From NCBI GenBank assembly GCA_964016885.1, contig OZ024743.1, positions 377,332,001 to 377,396,000 on the forward strand: a stretch of DNA of 64,000 nt. Reading direction: 5' to 3'. The translations under genes were made by a program, and so were the position numbers. The DNA is from Eledone cirrhosa (taxonomy: Eukaryota). The notes beneath the pieces are model-generated. The model had not been told where the DNA came from. It saw nothing but the letters and a program-made list of their open reading frames with translations, and searched no databases. Positions 56,182 through 64,000 of the stretch are shown piece after piece (positions within the stretch are counted from its first letter, which is position 1; every line of letters starts with the position of its first letter).

Positions 56182-57951
56182 TTACCTCTTCGTCTCCTGG
56201 GGACCAGGCTGCACAATTTCCATGGGGGTGTTGGAAGGGTTGTTTGGTGGGGTGGTGGTTTGTAGTGGGGTGAGGACATCAGTGTGTGGTGGGATTAGGG
56301 TGTTTGGTGGGGTGTGGGTGTCTGGTGTGGGGGTGGGGAAACATCTCAATAGGACGTGGTTAAGTGGTTTGGTGCAGTTGGTCCCCACATGCATTGGGTG
56401 GTTCTTTTTCAAAGTTACATAGGTTTCCGTTGGGAGCCTAATCATCATTAGGTGCGGTTTGTTCGCTGCGTAGGTGAAAGTGATCCCTTCGGTTTCCACC
56501 GAAGGGTTATTTTCTATCGCTTTCATCAACGTTTTATTTTTCTTGTTAATGTATGTATAGAGTTTTGTTGTGTTGTGTTTGTTTTTGTTTGTTGTTCTTG
56601 CGGGTGTTTGCGTTTTGTAGTACGTGTTATGTTTTGGGGAGGGGTGGGTTTTTTTATTTGTGATGTTTGTGATGTTTGTGCTGGTGGTTGTGTGTTTGTG
56701 GCATTTTTGTTAATGTGGTGCCTTTTTTTTTTCTTTTCACCTGTTGAAAGGGTTCTCCCTCGTCGTCACTGGGTGATACGGATTCCTCTTCCGTGTTGTT
56801 GGGGAGGGGTATATTTTGGGGTTTTGTTGTGGTTTCTTTTGTATTTGTTTTAGGTGGGGAGGGGTTGGGTGGAACAGTGTTTTGTGTTGTTATTTTTCCA
56901 TGTTGTTGTGGTGGTGGTGGTGGTGGTGGTGGTGGTTGTGTTGTTGTGTTCGGGGTTGGCAGAAGAGCCTTTTTTTTTTACTCGTTAATTGAGGACAGGC
57001 AGCCCTCAGGTGACCCCTGCTTAAGCAGTGGTAACATGACGGCCGCCTTCCCTCCACTGAAATGTTTATATAAGTTAGCCCGTCCAGAGGCACGCGTTGT
57101 GGGATATTCGCTATTCGTTCTGGGCTCATTTGCACCAGAACTTCTACGGTGGTCCCACCAAATACACCTCCGGAGGACTTTCCTATTGAAATTATCTTGT
57201 CTTCGTCCAAGTTTATTATTCCACATAGTATCCACCAAATGTTTACATTTGGTGTGATACTCATTATTTTTATTCTTTGTGTCCTTTTCCCCCTGTATGT
57301 GGGGTAAAAGGTGAAGCGGGGGGACACAATGGGTGCTATCGAGTACTTTTGAGCTGTTGACTGGTTGTTCATCAGCACCGAAATGCTACCAAACAGTTTA
57401 CCTTTTTGTATGAAGGTTAAGTCCTTCATTGCGTCTTTTAGAACCAGCTCAATTTCATTTTGTGATAATTGAGGTGGTTTTCTTGTTACGTTCGATATTG
57501 TCCTGAAAACGACAGTTTTCAGGACAGCCTCTCTACGTAATTCCTGTGGAGAATTGATGCTAAAAGCATCGTTTTCGCCAAAAGTCACGAATTGTTTTGC
57601 GTCTTGTAATAGTTGTTTAGCATTTGTTATGTCTATTGGCGTGTATAGTTCGTTTTTTTTTACGGTCTGTGCAAATGTTGTTTTGGTGTTATTGTCTTTC
57701 GTGTTACTGTCACTGTTGGTAATATTGGTGTTGCTATTGTTGCAGTTGGTTGTGGTGTTGTTGTCATTGTTCTTGTTGTTGGTGCTGGTATTATTTACCG
57801 GGTTTGGTTTCGCGGTAACGATATTTTCCATGTTTTTCGATGATACGAGGGGGGGGGGAGGCTGCAAGCTTTGTACTCCTACCTTCCCTCCACCACTTTT
57901 CTTAGTGGGCGTGGCATTCACGACAGTGTGCGAGGTGGAAATGGCATCCAT
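56182..57951 (-). pseudogene. LINE ORF1 (gag-like, CCHC knuckle), frameshifted at homopolymers
   Basis: MDAISTS..TFAQTVK..GRRPSCYHCLSRGHLRAACP; C-terminal piece ends ..PQETKR* at 56182. Confidence 0.8.
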
Positions 57952-58144
57952 TGCCACCAAGTCTACAGTTTTTAGATGAAAATTGAAAATTTCGCCCCAG
58001 AAAGGGGCGAAAATTTGTTGACTTAATGTCTGACGGCCAAGGCAAGGGGCTAAACCAAACAATGTTATTAAATTGAGCAATAAACTCAGTTTTTTTTTAC
58101 AACAATCCGTAAAAATCCGGAGCAAAGTAAATCACTTCTATATC

Positions 58145-58900
58145 AAGTGGTAATTGATATAGAGAGGGGGATTGGAAGAGAGTTCCATGTAGTATAGATA
58201 GAGAGGGGGGAGTTTTGTGTTAATTGATATAGAGAGGAGAATTGGAAGAGAGTTCCGTGTAGTAGATATAGGGAGGGGGAGTTTGGTGTAAACTGATATA
58301 GAGAGGGGGATTGGAAAAGAGGAGGGAGTTTCGTGTTAATTAATATAGAGAGGGGTATTGGAAGAGAGTATTGTATGCTTGATGTAGAGGGAGAGAGCGT
58401 TTGGTGGTAATGAATAGAGTGAGAGGATTGATAGAGATATGTATTGATAGATATAGAGAGAGAGATTTTGGTAGTGATGGATAGAGTGAGAGGGAATGAG
58501 AGAGAGTGTTGTATGGTAGATGTAGAGAGGGGAATAGTTTGGTGGTAATTGATATATAGGGGGGTGGGTGAGAGAGAGTGTGTATTGTAGTAGATGTAGA
58601 GAGGTTTAGATTTCAATGCTTGTAGGTATACTGATGGCGATTAGAGAGATAAATATTGCTAAATATAGAGAGGGGGATTGGGAGAGACAGTATCGTAAAA
58701 TATATAGTGGGTGAGTTTGTGATAGATAGAGAGAGAACGATTATGAGAGAGTGTGGTAGAGATGGCGAAGGGGAGAGTTTAGAGATGATTGATATAAAGA
58801 GGAGGATTGAGAGAGCGTTTTGTATGTTAGATATAGAGAGGAGGAGAATGTGGTGGTTATAGATATAGGGAAAGGATAATGGGTGTGTACCGTGTAATAT
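58145..58900. repeat. Degenerate ~70-bp GA-rich minisatellite; its other part lies at ~52545-52680
   Basis: taattgatatagagagg..ttggaagagag..gtagtagata recurs at 58151, 58221 and ~58289. Confidence 0.75.
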
Positions 58901-59098
58901 ACATATAGGAGACCCCAAATAATAGAAAGAGGGAATAAGAAGGGGGGTGACTTGGTAAACCCGTAATTGTATAGTTTACGTTCGTAAATATGTGATTTCT
59001 TGTAATGGTCTTTTTTGTTGTATATAATGTATATTTTTAATTTAAAATAAAATAATTAGACCTGAGAGTGCTTGAATTATTGACGGACGTAAGAATGG

Positions 59099-59274
59099 AA
59101 ACTCAATACCGAAGTAGAGTTTAAATATTCAATTTTAATGGCTAAGTGATGAGCTTTGTTACTCTGGAGTCTCACCTGCGTACTTACAGGGTCATCAGAC
59201 ATGACTGGTGATCCTGTGAGTGCACAGGTAAAACTTTAGAGTAACACAATACACCAATAGCCATAATATATTAA

Positions 59275-59281
<7 letters not shown>
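59099..59281. mobile_element. Old imperfect palindrome with two degenerate head-to-head HHRs
   Basis: Minus 59201-59157 TGT-CTGATGA-CCCTG..CAGGT-GAGAC-TCCAGA-GTA-ACA; plus 59205-59246 CTGGTGA-TCCTG..CAGGT-AAAAC-TTTAGA-GTA-ACA; next to (TA)n. Confidence 0.65.
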
Positions 59282-59354
<73 letters not shown>

Positions 59355-60459
59355 AATAAATTGGGTATAATGGCAGTTTATTACCAAATTCGAAGAAGCT
59401 CGATATATCAATCTCTTAGAAAAGGTACAGCCCCGCTGTCCTCCCTGCCTTCTAGCCATTTTAGAATGCAGAGAGCTAAACTAATCAGAACAACTAAATT
59501 GACCAAATTTTCACCCCACCCCCACCCAATTCAGAAGTGTTTCCACCGCCCCTGTATTATAATATACATTAGATCATGTAGTCCTAGATACACTATGTCT
59601 GAGTAAAAGATGTTTGAGCAAGGCCGACCAGGAGCTAAGCAACAACTATAGCCACTTATACAAACGTCTATACTGTCTGGATAAAAGACTGGAAAGTCAT
59701 ATGTCTGTTCAACTAGGTCTAACCTCATGATAAACAACACCAATAACCTCTAATACTAACTACTATATACATTAGATAATGTATTCCTAGATATACTTCG
59801 TCATCGTTCGGCTACAATCCCTCTCTATCTATTGCAGCTTTCATAATCAGTTGTCTACCTACTTTGGAATGATTAGCACTGATAGTGACATTTTAATCAC
59901 TTGGTAGAATTTGAACTGAGAACGCAAAGTGCCCGAAAAGATACCGTGAGACATCTCTTCCAATGCCTTAACAATTCCATCAATCCAGTGCTACCCTCAC
60001 CTGGTCCTTTATTTTATGGATCTCCAAAGGATGAAAGACAAAATTCACCACGGTGATATTTAGAACTTACGATGCAGGGAGTCAGAACAAACACTGCAGA
60101 GATATTCTATCGAACACTCTAACATCTTTACCAATTACCTACCTAGAAGGAATATGGAATCATACTTTCCCCCAACCCTCTTTACTGTTATTCTCGTTCA
60201 TGTTTTGCCACCAACGTCTCTTCGATGAGGTATCGATTTCTTTGTCGTCTCGTCAATTTGCGGTATTTTATTGCCAATTCCGATGACTTATTTGTGATCT
60301 TAATGTAAATTGATGCAACTTTGTTGCACATAATGCTGAAGATAATATATAAATGCTCGGTAATTATATATCTGCATCCTAAAAAATATTAGCTTCGACA
60401 AGATGGTTGTAATAATGCAGCATACCTCATTAAACACATATTTGTAACCATTTATCTTA

Positions 60460-61500
60460 GTTGATGAAATAGAACCGAAGATAGTAGGCAAGTTTGTCTA
60501 CCTGGGGAACACACTCGATCGTGATTGCTCCTTAGATGGTGAAATATCCCTTAGCAACTGATTCTTTTGAGGGTCTTGAATCCCGTGTTTGATATTACGA
60601 GGTTAATAAAAAGAATTGCTGTGCACTGTGCGAGTGTATTGACTTTTTTCTTTACACATGCTAAACGTGGGTACCAGTGCTTCTCAAACTATCTGATGTG
60701 GCGGACCGGCATTTTTTTTTCCAATGTGCCACGTACCGCTAATATTTCGTAGTAATATTAATTTATAGCGGAAACGATATATATAATAAATATAATAATA
60801 GTTGACCATTTTTTTATCTTCTATTTATTTTGTAAACAAATAATACAATATCAAAACATATAAAAAAGTAATTAAAAAAATTCGTCAAATGATTCCTTAG
60901 CATGGCCTGGACACTGGCCGCGTACCGGTAGCTGATGGCTCGCGTACCGGCACCGGTCCGCGGATCACCAGTTTGAGTAGCACTGCTCTAAAGTATTTTC
61001 ATGTCTTTAATGAGAGATATTTAAGACATTCTGAATGTCAGCTGGTTCTCGCAGACTCCAGGCTGAAATTTTAGGGCAGTTGAAATCTTGAGCATTGTGA
61101 CAATGATACACAATTACCGTTTACGTTGGTCTGGTACCTTGTACAAATGAATGATCAGAGGATCCCGAAATAGGTGATATGCGGTGAGCTTATATGCAGA
61201 AACTAAGGCCAATCTGGAAAGAAATCCTTTTCATCGTCACCTGTGGGAAAATAGGTAAAGGATGGTATGAATTATTTCGAAAAAGTACAAATCTCTCACA
61301 CAGTTTGTTAGATGTATAGACTCAACTTGATCTGAAATATTTAAGATTGTAGATGTCCTTCCAATGTTGATTAGTTACCGATACAGTCTTAAGGTCAAAC
61401 AAAAGATCTGAGTACAAATAATTTCATGGCAATAGATTACACCACGTGCAGTCCAATCTGCAAATCTATTGGTGCATTTAAAAGGACTGTTATACACCAG
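60460..61500 (+). pseudogene. Ancient RTE-like LINE remnant interrupted by a MITE
   Basis: KFVYLGNTL..DGEI; RLRWSG..MNDQRIPK*VICGEL; CSPICKSIGAFKR. Confidence 0.6.
60675..60985. mobile_element. hAT (Charlie-like) MITE
   Basis: TIRs cagtgcttctcaaact and agtttgagtagcactg; subterminal ggaccgg/ccggtcc motifs; TSD not preserved. Confidence 0.75.
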
Positions 61501-61649
61501 AAAATACTTCTGCAAACCGATGTGCACATGCACAACTTTGTAGAGTCTGCCAAAAGACATGCAGGAGTTATGTGGGCTTAAAGAACCACTGTAGAATAGT
61601 TAGTGTTGGTCATCCTCGGACACGAAAGGACGGCAATCATATGTATATA

Positions 61650-61840
61650 CAGAGTTTATCAGAAAGAATCCTTCGATTTTATTTACATTTTTTACAAATG
61701 CTTAATATGTAAATAACTTTATAAAAATGTATAAAAGTTATTTTAAAAGAATAACATTTTACATTGACATGTATCGTACAAGTTACTGCATGATTATATG
61801 CTCATTTGTTTAAAAAGTATAGACTTTTTGATACACCCTG
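61650..61840. mobile_element. Tc1/mariner-type MITE
   Basis: TA|cagagtttatcagaaag ... ctttttgatacaccctg|TA. Confidence 0.6.
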
Positions 61841-61902
61841 TATATATATATATATGTGTGTGTGTGTGTCTGTGTGCGTGTGTGTGTGCGTGTATTAATA
61901 AT

Positions 61903-62077
61903 GGTTTCTACTATAGGTACAAGGCCAGCAATTTGGGGGAGGCGAAAGTCGATTAAATCGACCACAGTACTTTATTTATCGACCCAATAAGGATTTGAAC
62001 TCAGACCGTAAATGACCGTAACTCTATGTTGAAAATCATGTGTCTGACTCTCTACCGACACTGCCAATCCACAGCCC
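61903..62077 (-). mobile_element. tRNA-derived SINE, internally deleted
   Basis: Family motifs; flanking duplication gtattaataat. Confidence 0.85.
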
Positions 62078-62614
62078 TTGTGTGAGTATTAATAATAAAA
62101 TATATTATACGTCAGGCAGCTAGAATAAATGCATACATACATACATAAATACATACATGCATACATACATACATGCATACATACATATATACATACATAA
62201 ATATATACATACATAAATACATACACACATGCATACATACTTACAGACAGACATACTTACATATATACATAGTTACATACACAAAGAGAGAGACTAAACA
62301 TTTCAAGATATTTATCATTGTTTAAACATTTTGGAGAACACCACAAACCCTCCCCAGCAAAAACCAAAATGGCCGTCAAACAACAACAAAACCAACATGG
62401 CTGACAAAAAACAACATGGTCGTCAAACAATAACAAAATCCAACATGACCACAAAACAACAAAAAGCAGACCAGATTGATATCAGATCAGTTGAATAAAA
62501 TAATTGTGACATTGATTGAGACTAACTTATTACCTTCAAAATGGTTGATAAATTTGAAACAAAATAAAAAGGCCGGGGGGAGTGGGGTGGTGGCGACAAC
62601 TCTCCTCAACATGT

Positions 62615-63145
62615 ACAATTACCATTACAATTACCATTACCGCTACCTTTATCTCAGCCACCACCATCACAACTACCACTATTACCAACACAATCACCAT
62701 TGCCGCCACAATCAGAATCACCAACACTATTATCACTACCACTACCAGCAACGACCACAAGCACCACCACCAACACCATGACAAGAGCCACTATCATCTC
62801 CATCATTACCATCAACGACCACAAGCACCACCATTACAAGAACCACTATCATCACCACCACTACCACTGTCCACCACCACTGTCCACCACCACCACCACC
62901 ACTACCATTGCCATCACAACCACCACCGCCTCCGCTATCACTTTCACTACTACTAGCGACGACCACAAGCAACACCACCAACACCATGACAAAAGCCACT
63001 ATCATCAGCACCTCTACCAACAACGACCACAAACACCACCATTACCAGAAACACTATCATCACCACAACCACCACCACCACCACCACCATTGCCATCACA
63101 ACTACCACTGCCTTCACCACCATCTTCACCACTAGCAGCAACGAC
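62615..63145. repeat. (CAC/CAT/TAC)n low-complexity tract with a ~210-bp internal duplication
   Basis: cgaccacaagc..caacaccatgacaa..ccactatcat occurs at ~62750 and ~62960. Confidence 0.85.
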
Positions 63146-63314
63146 TAAACTGTGATTAATTCAATTGGTTGTTCATTGTTAATTGTAGTCGAGTGGCGAC
63201 ATCTAGCCTACGGAGTCGACACAATGTGGTGTTATTAGAACAAAAAATACAGGATTTCGGTTGCAAACGAAGAAATATATATGCAAACATATATATGCAA
63301 ACACACACACACTC

Positions 63315-63346
<32 letters not shown>

Positions 63347-63353
63347 GCGTATG

Positions 63354-63400
<47 letters not shown>

Positions 63401-63423
63401 TTATATATACATATATATGTGTA

Positions 63424-63495
<72 letters not shown>

Positions 63496-63496
63496 T

Positions 63497-63569
<73 letters not shown>

Positions 63570-64000
63570 GTATGATAATGTATTAAAAAAATTTTCAAAA
63601 ACCAAATATTTGCAGAATCAAAAACAACAACAATAAAAACAACACAGAACTATGACACTGTTGTTTCTTTTTTAATGTTTTTATACAATTTATTTACGTA
63701 TTTGAATATGTGTAGTTGTAGTTGTAGTAGCGGCGGTGGCGGTGGTGGTGGTTGTGGTGGTGGTGATGGTGGTGGTAGTGGTGGTATATGTTTATTTATT
63801 TCTAATTCTGAAGACAAAGTGGCATCTGGATGTTATCACCTCATCATTGATAATCTATTCTTTCTCTGATAACAACCACCATAAAAGCCACGTTTTATAA
63901 ATGATCTTAGCATTTTAGATTGTGTAAAATAATTTTCTCACACACATAAACAATAATACAATAAAAGTTTTTTGTTTTGTTTTTTATAAAAATGAAATAA

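Larger units (their letters stand above)
52682..58140 (-). mobile_element. Near full-length L1/Tx1-clade non-LTR retrotransposon, decayed
   Basis: ORF1 with zinc knuckle, ORF2 with APE-RT-CCHC, 3' UTR ending in AATAAA; GA-rich minisatellite on both flanks. Confidence 0.92.
52397..59554. mobile_element. Non-autonomous hAT-like element hosting nested insertions
   Basis: TIRs ccgaggcggtggaa and ttccaccgcccctg; 8-bp TSD tattatta / tattataa. Confidence 0.65.

Noticed and set aside
53039-57979. Plus-strand and alternative-frame ORFs overlapping the LINE
   Set aside because: Shadow frames of the GC-richer LINE coding sequence
62476-63155. His/Thr/Pro-rich ORFs
   Set aside because: Trinucleotide low-complexity sequence open in several frames; no splice or domain support

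Overview
Repeat-saturated eukaryotic (animal) DNA with no credible host protein-coding gene. The SINE family and the extreme (TA)n/(TG)n/(GA)n content suggest an octopus-like cephalopod (inference, not searched). Layout: (1) 1-15593, an 8-bp satellite (TTGTRCTG)n with a ~7.83-7.85 kb higher-order duplication, which produces all the giant ORFs; (2) 19715-26681, a 29-bp satellite of exactly 240 units expanded from the A-box end of a tRNA-derived SINE; (3) a mosaic of decayed transposons: a mariner, a near full-length Tx1/L1-type LINE nested in a hAT-like element, RTE LINE fragments (one 5'-inverted), a Helitron-like element, MITEs, SINEs and Penelope-like element (PLE) pieces. The main hidden signal is RNA structure. 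I found by eye about 13 complete and several degenerate type-I hammerhead ribozyme (HHR) motifs, nearly all in small, often palindromic elements sitting in (TA)n tracts. They include a 316-bp tandem retrozyme-like array, three unrelated families with a U3-A8 core in place of C3-G8, and a shared UU-bulged hairpin about 25-40 nt downstream of the cleavage site in three unrelated elements. The LINE also has a 39-nt intron-like spacer whose removal would fuse ORF1 to ORF2 in frame. Everything was read manually; no folding, alignment or database search was run, and the boundaries of decayed elements are approximate.
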